Shown here: positions 30,077 to 39,770 of the stretch, piece by piece | How the letters are laid out: the number at the start of each line of letters is the position of its first letter | Numbering within the stretch: the stretch's first letter is position 1 | Origin: an uncultured Gemmatimonadaceae bacterium | GTDB lineage: Bacteria > Gemmatimonadota > Gemmatimonadetes > Gemmatimonadales > Gemmatimonadaceae | Assembly (NCBI GenBank): GCA_963761305.1 | Contig: CAVXGK010000001.1 | Span: 768,001 to 832,000, forward strand | Reading direction: 5' to 3' | DNA: 64,000 nucleotides | Program-made: the position numbers and the translations under genes | The notes under the pieces: generated by a model | The model's database searches: none | What the model was told of the DNA's origin: nothing | Seen by the model: the letters and a program-made list of their open reading frames with translations, nothing else

Positions 30077-30085
30077 CAGCAGCCG

Positions 30086-31111
30086 ATGCGATTTCTCATC
30101 TGGGGTGCGGGCGCCATCGGCGGCACGGTCGGCGCCTACCTCGCGCGCGCGGGCAATGACGTCACGTTGGTCGACGTCGTCGGCGAGCACGTCGCGGCAA
30201 TCGATGCCAACGGCATTTCCATCACCGGCCCAATCGCCACGTTCACCCAGCGCGCCGCCGCTTTCACGCCCGAGTCGCTCGAGGGCGTGTGGGACGTGAT
30301 CATCCTCGCCACCAAGGCGCACCACACTCGGGCCGCGACCCACGCGCTGCTTCCCCACCTCGCCGCGACTGGTTGCGTCGTCTCGGCGCAGAATGGGCTC
30401 AACGAGCTCGAGATCGCGCGGGTCGTCGGAGCCGAGCGAACGGTCGGGGCGTTCGTGAATTTCGGCGCGGACTACATCGAACCGGGCGTTATTCACTACG
30501 GCGGCCGCGGCGCGGTCGTGTTGGGAGAGATCGACGGACGCGCCACGCCGCGCGTATCGGCGATTCACGACGCATGGCTCGCCTTCGACGATCGCGCCGT
30601 CGTCACGCCGAACGTCTGGGGCTATCTCTGGGGCAAGGAAGCGTACGGTGCGATGCTGTTCGCCACCGCGCTGACCAACGAGTCGATCGCCGACGCGCTG
30701 GCGATGCCGGCCTACCGCGATCTCTACATTGCGCTGGCTCGAGAAGTCCTTGCCGTCGCCGACGCACGCGGCGTGGTGCCCGAAGCGTTCGACGGATTCG
30801 ATCCGGCCTCGTTCACACCCTCGGCGCCGGGCGACGCAGCGACGCGGTCGCTCGACGCACTGGTCGCGCACAATCGCAAGTCCGCGAAGACGCATAGCGG
30901 CGTCTGGCGCGACCTCGCCGTTCGAAAGCGGCGCACCGAAGTGGACGCGCTGTTCGGCCCGATCGTCGTGCTGGGACAGGAGGTCGGCGTCGCGACTCCG
31001 CTCATTGGGCGACTCGTCGAGCTGATTCACGACGTCGAGAACGGCGCGCGGGCGCAGTCGCTCGATACGCTGGACGCGCTCACCGCCACCAACGTCGTCG
31101 CCGGCGGATGA
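30086..31111 (+). CDS. Ketopantoate reductase (PanE/ApbA) family oxidoreductase
   Basis: IWGAGAIGG, ATK, AQNGL, WGK and SGVWRDL...RRTEVD motifs. Confidence 0.87.
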   Translation: MRFLIWGAGAIGGTVGAYLARAGNDVTLVDVVGEHVAAIDANGISITGPIATFTQRAAAFTPESLEGVWDVIILATKAHHTRAATHALLPHLAATGCVVSAQNGLNELEIARVVGAERTVGAFVNFGADYIEPGVIHYGGRGAVVLGEIDGRATPRVSAIHDAWLAFDDRAVVTPNVWGYLWGKEAYGAMLFATALTNESIADALAMPAYRDLYIALAREVLAVADARGVVPEAFDGFDPASFTPSAPGDAATRSLDALVAHNRKSAKTHSGVWRDLAVRKRRTEVDALFGPIVVLGQEVGVATPLIGRLVELIHDVENGARAQSLDTLDALTATNVVAGG

Positions 31112-31878
31112 TCTTCGACTTCGCCGGTAAGACGGTGATCGTGACCGGAGCGGCGCACGGGTTCGGCCGCGCGATCAGCCTCGCGTTCGCGCAACGCGGC
31201 GCCAATGTCTGGGCCTGCGACGTGCTGAACAACGAGCTGCGCGAAACCGAGCGTCTCTGTCAGGGCCTCGCGGGGACGTGCGTGGCGCGCGTCGTCGACG
31301 TCCGGCGAAACGGCGAGGTTAGCGAATTTGTTGGCGAGGCGGCCGCGGCGGCGAATCGGATCGACGTCCTCGTCAACAACGCGGGCGGTGTGCTCGGCCA
31401 AGTCGGCCGTCCGCTCGAGCAAGTCACGCCGGCCGAGTGGCAGGCCATCTTCGACGTCAACGTGAGCGGCGCCTTCTACTGCTCGCAAGCGGTCGCGCCG
31501 CACATGAAAGCGGCGCGCGCCGGCCGCATCGTCAACATTTCGAGCGGCGCGGGGCTCGGCGTGACCCTCACGGGGATCCAGGCGTACGCGTCGGCGAAGG
31601 CGGCCCAAATCGGATTGACGCGGCAGCTCGCGCACGAGTTGGGCGCGTGGGATATCACCGTGAACAACATCGCGCCCGGATTCGTTCGATCGAATCCGAC
31701 GACGGAGCGACAGTGGGAGTCGTACGGTGAGGCGGGCCAGCGCGCGCTCGTCGAGCGCCTCGCGCTCAGACGCCTCGGGTCGCCGGACGACATCGCGCAG
31801 GCGGTGCTCTTCTTCGCATCCGACTACGCGGGCTGGATCACCGGTCAGGTGCTGTCGGTGGATGGAGGGTCGCGGTGA
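31108..31878 (+). CDS. Short-chain dehydrogenase/reductase
   Basis: TGAAHGFG, VNNAG, YASAK and ITGQVLSVDGG motifs. Confidence 0.92.
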   Translation: MIFDFAGKTVIVTGAAHGFGRAISLAFAQRGANVWACDVLNNELRETERLCQGLAGTCVARVVDVRRNGEVSEFVGEAAAAANRIDVLVNNAGGVLGQVGRPLEQVTPAEWQAIFDVNVSGAFYCSQAVAPHMKAARAGRIVNISSGAGLGVTLTGIQAYASAKAAQIGLTRQLAHELGAWDITVNNIAPGFVRSNPTTERQWESYGEAGQRALVERLALRRLGSPDDIAQAVLFFASDYAGWITGQVLSVDGGSR

Positions 31879-33290
31879 CGGGTTCGCACCATGCGGCCGA
31901 TTCGTCGGACCGGCTCCCCCCCGTGCTCGCCGCGCTCGACGCGAACCACGATCGGATCCTGGCCGAGTTGGTGGAGTTCGCGTCCATCCCGAGCGTGAGC
32001 ACCGATCCGGCGCACGCACACGACGTCGCCCAGGCGACGGCGTGGGTCGCCGGCAAGCTCGCGGCGGCGGGACCGATCGCGGTTCGCACGATCGCGACGT
32101 CGGGGAATCCCGTCGTCTACGGCGAGTGGCTGGGTGCGCCCGGATCGATCACGGCGCTCGTCTACGGTCACTACGACGTGCAACCGCCCGATCCGTTAGA
32201 GAAATGGCAAAGCCCGCCGTTCGCACCGACGATTCGCGGCGGACGACTCTATGCCCGCGGCGTGTCCGACGACAAGGGCCCCATGCTCATCCCGATCAAG
32301 GTCGCCGAGGCATTCTTCGCGGCGACCGGCGCGCTGCCGATCAACATGAAGTTCATGTTCGAGGGTGAGGAGGAGATCGGGAGCCCGAGTCTCGACGCGT
32401 TCATTCGCGACCACAAGGATCTCCTCGCCGCCGACTTCGTGATTTCGGCCGACGGCGCGATGTGGCGCATCGACGAGCCGTCGCTCACCGTGTCGAGCCG
32501 CGGGCTCGCCGGTCTCGAGCTCACCATCACCGCCGCGTCGAAGGATCTCCATTCGGGCCGACACGGCGGCAGCGTCGCCAACCCGCTGCACGCGATGGCG
32601 CAGTTGATCGCGTCGCTCCACGACGCCAACGGTCGCGTCGCCGTCGATGGGTTCTACGACGACGTGCGCGAGTTGGCGCCCGCCGAACGTGCCGCGATCG
32701 CCGACCTGCCCTTCGATGAACGCACGTATCTCGCTCAGGTCGGCGCGCCCGCCGCGTTCGGGGAGCCGGGGTATTCCACGCTCGAGCGACAGTGGACACG
32801 ACCGACGCTCGAAGTGAACGGCATGTGGGGCGGCTACGAAGGTCCCGGCTCGAAGACGGTGATCCCGAGCGAAGCGCACGCCAAGATCACGTGCCGTCTC
32901 GTACCCGATCAGGATCCCGGCGACATCGTGTCGGTCGTCTCTCGCCATCTCGAAACGCGTCTTCCTCCAGGGACGCGGCTGTCGATCTCAGCCGCCGACC
33001 ACGGCGCCGGCCCCTCTCACATCGCCTCCGACCATTTTGCCCTCGAGGCTGCCGACCGCGCGCTCCGCGCCGTATATGGAAGGAGCCCGCTCAGGGTTGG
33101 CATGGGCGGAACCGTGCCCATCGGTGAGTTGTTCGAGCGCCACATGGGATTGAGCACGGTGTTCTTCTCGTTTTCGACGGCCGACGAAGACTTTCACGCG
33201 CCCAACGAGTTCTTTCGCGTGCACCGGTTGCACGAAGGGCTCGAAGCGTGGGCGCGCTACTGGACGATTCTTGGCGAGGTGCGGGCATGA
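31875..33290 (+). CDS. M20 family dipeptidase/deacylase (ArgE/DapE-like)
   Basis: YGHYDVQP, ARGVSDDKG, EGEEEIGS, DLHSG and HAPNE motifs. Confidence 0.92.
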   Translation: MTGSHHAADSSDRLPPVLAALDANHDRILAELVEFASIPSVSTDPAHAHDVAQATAWVAGKLAAAGPIAVRTIATSGNPVVYGEWLGAPGSITALVYGHYDVQPPDPLEKWQSPPFAPTIRGGRLYARGVSDDKGPMLIPIKVAEAFFAATGALPINMKFMFEGEEEIGSPSLDAFIRDHKDLLAADFVISADGAMWRIDEPSLTVSSRGLAGLELTITAASKDLHSGRHGGSVANPLHAMAQLIASLHDANGRVAVDGFYDDVRELAPAERAAIADLPFDERTYLAQVGAPAAFGEPGYSTLERQWTRPTLEVNGMWGGYEGPGSKTVIPSEAHAKITCRLVPDQDPGDIVSVVSRHLETRLPPGTRLSISAADHGAGPSHIASDHFALEAADRALRAVYGRSPLRVGMGGTVPIGELFERHMGLSTVFFSFSTADEDFHAPNEFFRVHRLHEGLEAWARYWTILGEVRA

Positions 33291-34753
33291 GTACGGAAGC
33301 AACGTCTCCAGTCACGTCGGCGAGCGCCGAGCTCGCGCACGCGGAAGCCGCCGTTCAGGCGCACAGCGCGTCGCTCAAGAAGGAGCTCGGCGTGGGCGAT
33401 CTCGTGCTCACGCAAATTCTATTTATCGTCGGGCTGACGTGGATCGGCGTCGCCGGCAAGCTCGGACCGTCGCACGTCATCCTGTGGCTGCTGGCGATCG
33501 TCCTGTTCTATTTGCCGTCGGCCGGCGTCGTGATGTACCTCAACAAGCTGATGCCGCTCGAGGGCGGGCTCTATCAGTGGGCGAAGCTCGGCTTCAACGA
33601 GATGATCGGCTTCATGCTCGCGTGGAATCTCTGGCTCTACGTGATCATGAGTCTGTCGGAGATCGGCCTGCAGTGTACGACGTATCTCTCCTACGCCATC
33701 GGGCCGAGTGCCGACTGGATACGCTCGAGCTCATGGTTCGTCGGGCTCTCCGCGGCGGTGATCCTTGCGTTCATGGTCGCTGCGTCGATCATCGGGTTGT
33801 CGGTGGGCAAGTGGGTGCACAACATCGGCGGCGTGTTCATGCTGATCGTGTTCGCGGCGCTGCTCATCCTTCCGTTCATCGGACTCGCTACGGGTCACCT
33901 GCACGAGTATCACCCGCTCCGCACCGAGATGCCGGCCGTCTCGCTCTTCAACCTGAACATCCTCGGCAAGCTCGGATTCGGCGCACTCGGCGGATTCGAG
34001 TACGTCGCCATTCTCGCCGGCGAAACCAGGTCGCCGGCGCGCTCGGTGGGTCGATCGGTGCTCATCGCCGCGCCGATCGTCGCGCTGATGTTCGTGCTCG
34101 GCACCAGCACCGTCGTGGCGTACATCCCGCGAGACCAGGTCGATCTGATCGGCCCCATGGCGCAGGTGCTGCGCGTCGGCTTCGGTCCGTTCGGCATCGC
34201 CACCCAACTGGTGACGATCGCGATCCTCATGACGCTCGGCATGCGCATCGCGCAGGTGAGCGTGAGCTTCACGGCCGTCGCGCGACTGCCGATGGTCGCC
34301 GGGTGGGATCGCCTGCTGCCGCCGTGGTTCAGCCAGTTGCATTCCAAGTATCGCACGCCGGTGAATTCGATTCTGCTCGTGGGCGTGGTCGCGTTCGGAA
34401 TCGGCTTGGTGAGCCTGATCGGCGTCGGGCAGGCCGAGGCGTTCCAACTGATCTGGAACGCCGGCGGAATGTTCTACGCACTCACCTACATCGTGATGTT
34501 CGCCGTGCCGATTTTCGGACTGCGCGGCGTGACACCGCGCCCACCGCTCTGGCTCAGAGTGGCGTCGTGGTCGGGGCTGCTGATGACGGTGCTGTACGTC
34601 GCGCTGTCGATCTTTCCGATCATCGAGGTGTCGAGCGTGGCGACGTTCGCCTTCAAGATCTCGCTCGTCATCGTCGTGGCGAACGCGATCGGCATCGCGC
34701 TGTACATCTCGGCGCGGCCGCGAACGGCCGCCGTCGCCCTGACCGAGGGCTGA
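33287..34753 (+). CDS. APC family amino-acid permease
   Basis: ATGA overlap; multiple TM segments; PLEGGLYQW, GGFE and LPPWFSQLHSKYRTP. Confidence 0.88.
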   Translation: MSTEATSPVTSASAELAHAEAAVQAHSASLKKELGVGDLVLTQILFIVGLTWIGVAGKLGPSHVILWLLAIVLFYLPSAGVVMYLNKLMPLEGGLYQWAKLGFNEMIGFMLAWNLWLYVIMSLSEIGLQCTTYLSYAIGPSADWIRSSSWFVGLSAAVILAFMVAASIIGLSVGKWVHNIGGVFMLIVFAALLILPFIGLATGHLHEYHPLRTEMPAVSLFNLNILGKLGFGALGGFEYVAILAGETRSPARSVGRSVLIAAPIVALMFVLGTSTVVAYIPRDQVDLIGPMAQVLRVGFGPFGIATQLVTIAILMTLGMRIAQVSVSFTAVARLPMVAGWDRLLPPWFSQLHSKYRTPVNSILLVGVVAFGIGLVSLIGVGQAEAFQLIWNAGGMFYALTYIVMFAVPIFGLRGVTPRPPLWLRVASWSGLLMTVLYVALSIFPIIEVSSVATFAFKISLVIVVANAIGIALYISARPRTAAVALTEG

Positions 34754-34768
34754 CGGCGGCCGGGCGGC

Positions 34769-36643
34769 TTAGGTAATGGTGAGCGCTAGCGGACTAAAGT
34801 GAATGTCTATGCCGCCGATCTTGACCGAAATCGCGTCGGCTCCTGCAGTCAGGGGAGCGGTGTAGGTCGCCGTACACACGCCGAGCGCGCACGAGAAAAC
34901 GCTGAGCGCACCGCGCGTCGGCGTCGCGACGAAGTCCGCCGGCGTGGCGGTCTTCACGATGTTGCCGAAGATGTCGCGGACCTTGACCGTCACCGTCGTG
35001 GTGCCCGTGGTGTTCACGACGCTCGTCGACGCGACTTCGACCGTCGACTTGGTGGGGTCGGGGTCGGATGCAATCACCTGGATCGATCGTCGGACGACGA
35101 TTCGACCCGTGGAATCCGCCAGCGTCGCGAGCGCGGTCGTCGCGGGACGGACGCCGGTCAGCGTGTACGACGCGGCGCTGTCGGGCGGCGTCCACACCGC
35201 GTTGGCCTGGCCGTTGAAGTCCGTGACGGCAGTCGCCGGCGCCGGGCCGAACGACGTGACGAAGACGATCGGCGCGCCAACCGCCGGCAAGGCGGTCGAG
35301 TCGAAAACTAAGATCGGAATACCGGTCTGCGTGTGCCCGGCCTTCACGGTGTCCGCCTTCAGCACCGTAATCGCCGCCGCATTGAGGACGACGGGAACCT
35401 GGGGCGCGAGTGGATTGCTGTCCGGCAGCGCGATGCCGGTGATGGCCGGCGTGAGCACGCCCGACGTGCTCACGTTGACGATCATGTTCGGCCCGGCCCA
35501 CGGCGGCGTGAACGGCACGCCGACGATGGAACCGACCGACACCGTGGCGTCGGCGATGACGGCGCCGCGAGCATCGCGGGCGACCGCCTTCATCGGAATC
35601 GAATCGGTGGCGGACATGAGCGTCCGAAGCGCTTCGACGTTGGCGAGGCGCGCCACCTGACGTACGGTCTCGGTGATCGGGCTGCTCGCCAGGATCGTCG
35701 TGCCGTCGGGCGCCAGCGCCTGCACGCTCACCGTCGCCGTTCCGTTGCCGGCGGAGATCAGGCGCGGCGTGGCCATCACACCGGTCGCGGGATTGCTGAT
35801 TCCGACGACCGCTCCGACGTGCACAACCGCCGAATCCGCCGCCGACAGGGGCACGAACCGAATCGACGTGCCGGAGAGTCCGTTGCCGCGACGGTCGGCG
35901 AGCGTCGCGTTCGGCGTCAGCGAGTCGCTGAAGCTCCACGACCGCAACACGCCGGTTGAAAGAGTGAGCGTGAGCGTCTGCGACACGCGCGCGACGACCG
36001 TGTCGGCGCACTTCGCGCCGGCCAGGCAAAAGTCCGACGTCGCGATGAGCGTGTCGGGCCCGTTCGATCGGGCAACGTAGCGGAGCGTGTCTCCCTGCGT
36101 GGCGACCGCTGTGTGCGATCCCAGGTGAATCCAGCGCACGCCCTCGCCGCCGCGCGGCACCAACGCGCCGTTCACGCGCACCAGACCCGCGGCCACGGCG
36201 ACGCCGGTGTCGTTGATCGCGCTGAGCGTGGAATCATGCGTCGTGAGAACTCGGACGCCGCCCACGACGACCGTTTCCGTGCGCGAGGCCGGACCGCTCA
36301 CGAAACGCGGATCGGGGAGCGCGATCGTGACGCCGGCGCGACCCGTTCGCTGGCCGATGAGTCTTCTCGTACGACCGTTCGACGTATCGGAGGCGCCGGG
36401 GGACGCGAACCCGACGGTACTGCTGTCGGCCGACGTCCAGGTGAACGCGAGCGATTCGATCTGGTTCCCCGACGCGTCGAGCGCCTGGGCTTGCGCGACG
36501 TTCGAGTCGCCGACGACCAACGTGTCGTGCGGCACGGCGATGCGGAGCTGCGCGACGAACGTCTGCGGACCGTTCGGCAGGTTCTCGTTGCAGCTCACGA
36601 CGACGAACAGCGCGGCGCAGGCGAGCGGGATGAAGCGGCGCAT
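34769..36643 (-). CDS. Surface lipoprotein with multiple bacterial Ig-like (invasin-type) domains
   Basis: VVSC lipobox; repeated DxxGN beta motifs (LDASGNQI, ADRRGNG, RDIFGN); Thr/Val/Ala-rich. Confidence 0.7.
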   Translation of the reverse strand: MRRFIPLACAALFVVVSCNENLPNGPQTFVAQLRIAVPHDTLVVGDSNVAQAQALDASGNQIESLAFTWTSADSSTVGFASPGASDTSNGRTRRLIGQRTGRAGVTIALPDPRFVSGPASRTETVVVGGVRVLTTHDSTLSAINDTGVAVAAGLVRVNGALVPRGGEGVRWIHLGSHTAVATQGDTLRYVARSNGPDTLIATSDFCLAGAKCADTVVARVSQTLTLTLSTGVLRSWSFSDSLTPNATLADRRGNGLSGTSIRFVPLSAADSAVVHVGAVVGISNPATGVMATPRLISAGNGTATVSVQALAPDGTTILASSPITETVRQVARLANVEALRTLMSATDSIPMKAVARDARGAVIADATVSVGSIVGVPFTPPWAGPNMIVNVSTSGVLTPAITGIALPDSNPLAPQVPVVLNAAAITVLKADTVKAGHTQTGIPILVFDSTALPAVGAPIVFVTSFGPAPATAVTDFNGQANAVWTPPDSAASYTLTGVRPATTALATLADSTGRIVVRRSIQVIASDPDPTKSTVEVASTSVVNTTGTTTVTVKVRDIFGNIVKTATPADFVATPTRGALSVFSCALGVCTATYTAPLTAGADAISVKIGGIDIHFSPLALTIT

Positions 36644-37269
36644 CAGCGGCTTCCTCCCAGGTGACTCACGCGAATCGACAGACCGACGCCGACGATTCCA
36701 CGCGTCCGGTCACCCTCGAGCGGCGCGCCGTTGAAATACCATTCCGATCCGCTGGCCCGCAGCGCGATCGCGCGATAGACCGGAACTTCGAGCGTGAGTC
36801 CGACGCCGCCGCCCGCCGATCCGGACTCTGAGAAGCTGAAGCGCGGCGTGTGTCCGGTGGCGTTGTTCGGGCCAATGAAGTCGAAGCCGCTCGAATCCAC
36901 CGACCGCTGCGCTTCGCCGCCGAACGCGCCCATCGATGGGACGGCGAGCAGGCGTCCCCAGGCCAGCGGGACACCGAGCGAGACGAACCCTCCCTGCACC
37001 GTGCTCAGGTTGCGAGCGATCCGCAGCCACCCCGCGTCGATGGCCCAGTGCGAGTGCCGGATGGCCGCGTCGACCGACACGCTGCCGAGCGTGTTGCGAT
37101 TGAGTGGCAGAGCGTTGGCTTGCAACCATTCGCCGCCGATCACGACGTCGCGGTTGAATGCTGCGCTCGTCGGCGCGGAGGCGAGTTGCCCGAGCGCGGG
37201 GGAAGGAGAGGCGAGAAATGCGATCAGGGCGGCCGCGCTGAACGGCGCGGCGCCGAAGGAGCGAGTCAT
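36643..37269 (-). CDS. Hypothetical outer-membrane beta-barrel-like protein
   Basis: Signal peptide; alternating beta-strand pattern; C-terminal GVGLSIR; stop overlaps the downstream start. Confidence 0.55.
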   Translation of the reverse strand: MTRSFGAAPFSAAALIAFLASPSPALGQLASAPTSAAFNRDVVIGGEWLQANALPLNRNTLGSVSVDAAIRHSHWAIDAGWLRIARNLSTVQGGFVSLGVPLAWGRLLAVPSMGAFGGEAQRSVDSSGFDFIGPNNATGHTPRFSFSESGSAGGGVGLTLEVPVYRAIALRASGSEWYFNGAPLEGDRTRGIVGVGLSIRVSHLGGSR

Positions 37270-37430
37270 GTGGGTAGGCGGATGGCGGTGTACGTCGGAC
37301 TTACGGTCGCCATCGGCGGCGTCACAACCGCAAGGTTCAATTGTAGTCCATGTATACAACGCCGCGCAAGAACGCGCGAGGGGGTCATCCTGACAAAACT
37401 GAAACAATGGGCCACGACGCGGGCACCTGA

Positions 37431-37510
37431 CGTCGACAGACGTCCACAGACGTCCACAGACGTCCACAGACGTCCACAGACGTCGACAGACGTCGACAGA
37501 CGTCGACAGA
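37431..37510. repeat. Tandem repeat, 8 x 10-bp CGTC(C/G)ACAGA
   Basis: Read directly from the sequence. Confidence 0.92.
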
Positions 37511-37594
37511 CGCCGAGACCCGATCCCGTTGGCTGAACCAACACACTCGTCTCCGCGTCACTCGGCGACGCGAACGGCGTGAAGGCGCGCGAGA

Positions 37595-39748
37595 TTACTG
37601 CGCGATGCCGATGCGCCGCGCGAGCGCGGCGTACCGCCGATCGTCGCGGAATTTCTTGAGCAACGGGTTCACGACGAGATTGTGGACCGACGGGATGTCC
37701 CAGACCTCGTCCCTGAGATTGGCGTACGCGCCGTTTACGTCCCCCATCACCGCCCAACTGAGCGCGCGGTCGATGCGAGCACGGGCGTCGGCCGTGTCGG
37801 CGCGCACGCGCGCCAGCATCATGTCGCGGTCCGTTTTTCGTCCGCGCTTCCCGTAGACGTACGCGAGCGCCGACCTCACCCCCGGAAAGAACTCGCCGTC
37901 GGCGCGCGCCTGTTCCAGATGCGTCTGCGCGGGGACGAACTTGCCGTCACTCGCCTCGATGATGCCGAGATAGTACGGCGTCACGACGTACTCGGGACTG
38001 ACTTTGAGCGCCTCACGCAGTGTGTCCCGCGCCATGCCGGGCTGCCCGCTGAGATACAAAAGCATGCCTTCGAGCGCCCGTTGCGGCGGACCGAGTGGCT
38101 CGGCCGCCAGTGCCCGTCGGTTCTTGTCGCGAGCATCGTCGATGCGTCCGACCAGAGTCAGATACAGCGAGTAGGCGTCGTTGGTCCACGCCGCCGCGGA
38201 ATCGAGCGCGAGGGCCCGCCGAAACGAACGACCGGCCGAGTCGTACGCCGCGGGCGAGCCACGCGACGCGAGCACCATTCCCATCGCCGCGTATCCATCG
38301 GCGAGCCGCGGCCCGAGCCTGATGGCTCGGCTGGCCGCGTCGCGCCCGAGCAAGATCAAGTCCGGCGACGGATGGGTGAGATTCGACCGCGCGACGTACG
38401 TATCGCCCAACCACGCCCAGGCGGGCGCGAACTTCGGATCGATCGACGTCGCGGCGCGGAATCGCACGAACGCCGAATCGAGTTGCGAACGCCCGTAGAT
38501 CTGCCTCGCTTTTCTTCCCTCCAGGTACAAGCGATACGCCTCCGGATCCACCTTGTGCCGCAGGATCAGCCCGGCCTCGTACGCCTGGGCCGAGCCGAAC
38601 CCAAGTCCGATCACGCCCGCTGCGGCGATCATCCACGTTCTTCGCCGGCGAAGGAGGCCGGTTTCCCGTCGCGGTCGATTGGGAATCGAGCTTCCACCCG
38701 TCAGCGCAACGAGCACCTCCTCCGCGCTGGCAAATCGTTCGTTGGGTTTCTTGCGCAACAACCCGGCGACGACCTCGTCGCACACCGGCGGCACCTGCGG
38801 CCGAATCCGCGACGGCGGTTCGGGATCATCGTGCAAGATGCTGTAAACCGTCGAGAGCTCATGACCTCCTCCAAACGGCGGCTTGCCGGTCAGCATTTCA
38901 TAGAAGACGGCGCCGAAGGACCAGAGATCGGAACGCCTGTCGACCGGTTCGCCGTCGACCTGCTCGGGGCTCATGTAGGCGACGGTTCGCGACGGATTGT
39001 CGCGCGACGTGATGGCCGGATCGTGAGTCGTGGCGAGACCGAAGTCGAGGAGCTTCACGCCGCCGTCCGCCGTGAGCATCACGTTGGCGGGCTTGAGGCC
39101 GCGATGCACCACGCCCGCGGCATGCGCCGCCGCGAGTCCGTGCAGCACCTCGTGGGCGATGCGGAGCGCGACGCTGACGGGGAGCGATCCCCACTCGGCG
39201 AGCCGCGCGTCGAGCGTCTGGCCCGTGTAGTACGCCATCGACAGAAACGGCTGACCATCGTCAGTCTCGCCCGACTCGTAGACCGTGCAGAGGTTCGGAT
39301 GATCGAGCGACGACGCCGCCTTCGCTTCCTTGAGAAAACGCGCTTTCGCGACAGGATCGGCGGCGGACTGCGGCAGGAGAAACTTGAGCGCGACGACGCG
39401 CGCGGATCGGTCGTCCGCGGCGCGATACACGACGCATGCGCCGCCGGAGCCGAGAACCTCGCGGACACGGAAGTGCGCTACGGCGCGCCCGGAGAAGCCG
39501 CATGGGTCGGCCGTGCCGGTGCGACCACCGTTCTCGCCGGAGGCAGCCGGAGTGGACGCCGGCTCGACGTCCCAGGAACCGAGGAGCGAATCGGCGCGCG
39601 CGTCCGCCTCGAACAACTCGATCAATTCAGCCGACAGCTCGGGATCTGTTTCGCGGAGCGCGGCCAGGTGCTCGGCGCGCTCGTCGGCGGGCAGGTCGAT
39701 CAAGAACGCGAATGCTTCCTTGAGCTCGATCCAGCGATAGTCGCTCAT
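37595..39748 (-). CDS. Hanks-type Ser/Thr kinase-like protein with TM and TPR region; catalytic HRD replaced by HRG
   Basis: LGSGGACVVY, VALK, HRGLKPAN, DFG, YMSPEQ and DLWSFG motifs; C-terminal helical repeats. Confidence 0.88.
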   Translation of the reverse strand: MSDYRWIELKEAFAFLIDLPADERAEHLAALRETDPELSAELIELFEADARADSLLGSWDVEPASTPAASGENGGRTGTADPCGFSGRAVAHFRVREVLGSGGACVVYRAADDRSARVVALKFLLPQSAADPVAKARFLKEAKAASSLDHPNLCTVYESGETDDGQPFLSMAYYTGQTLDARLAEWGSLPVSVALRIAHEVLHGLAAAHAAGVVHRGLKPANVMLTADGGVKLLDFGLATTHDPAITSRDNPSRTVAYMSPEQVDGEPVDRRSDLWSFGAVFYEMLTGKPPFGGGHELSTVYSILHDDPEPPSRIRPQVPPVCDEVVAGLLRKKPNERFASAEEVLVALTGGSSIPNRPRRETGLLRRRRTWMIAAAGVIGLGFGSAQAYEAGLILRHKVDPEAYRLYLEGRKARQIYGRSQLDSAFVRFRAATSIDPKFAPAWAWLGDTYVARSNLTHPSPDLILLGRDAASRAIRLGPRLADGYAAMGMVLASRGSPAAYDSAGRSFRRALALDSAAAWTNDAYSLYLTLVGRIDDARDKNRRALAAEPLGPPQRALEGMLLYLSGQPGMARDTLREALKVSPEYVVTPYYLGIIEASDGKFVPAQTHLEQARADGEFFPGVRSALAYVYGKRGRKTDRDMMLARVRADTADARARIDRALSWAVMGDVNGAYANLRDEVWDIPSVHNLVVNPLLKKFRDDRRYAALARRIGIAQ

Positions 39749-39770
39749 CGCCGGGCGACGGCCCGCGGCG

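Noticed and set aside
29042..31030. Long antisense/shadow ORFs (also 712-2670, 37682-39838, 43219-45552, 48261-50003)
   Set aside because: These are typical of high-GC DNA opposite real genes and show no recognisable motifs.
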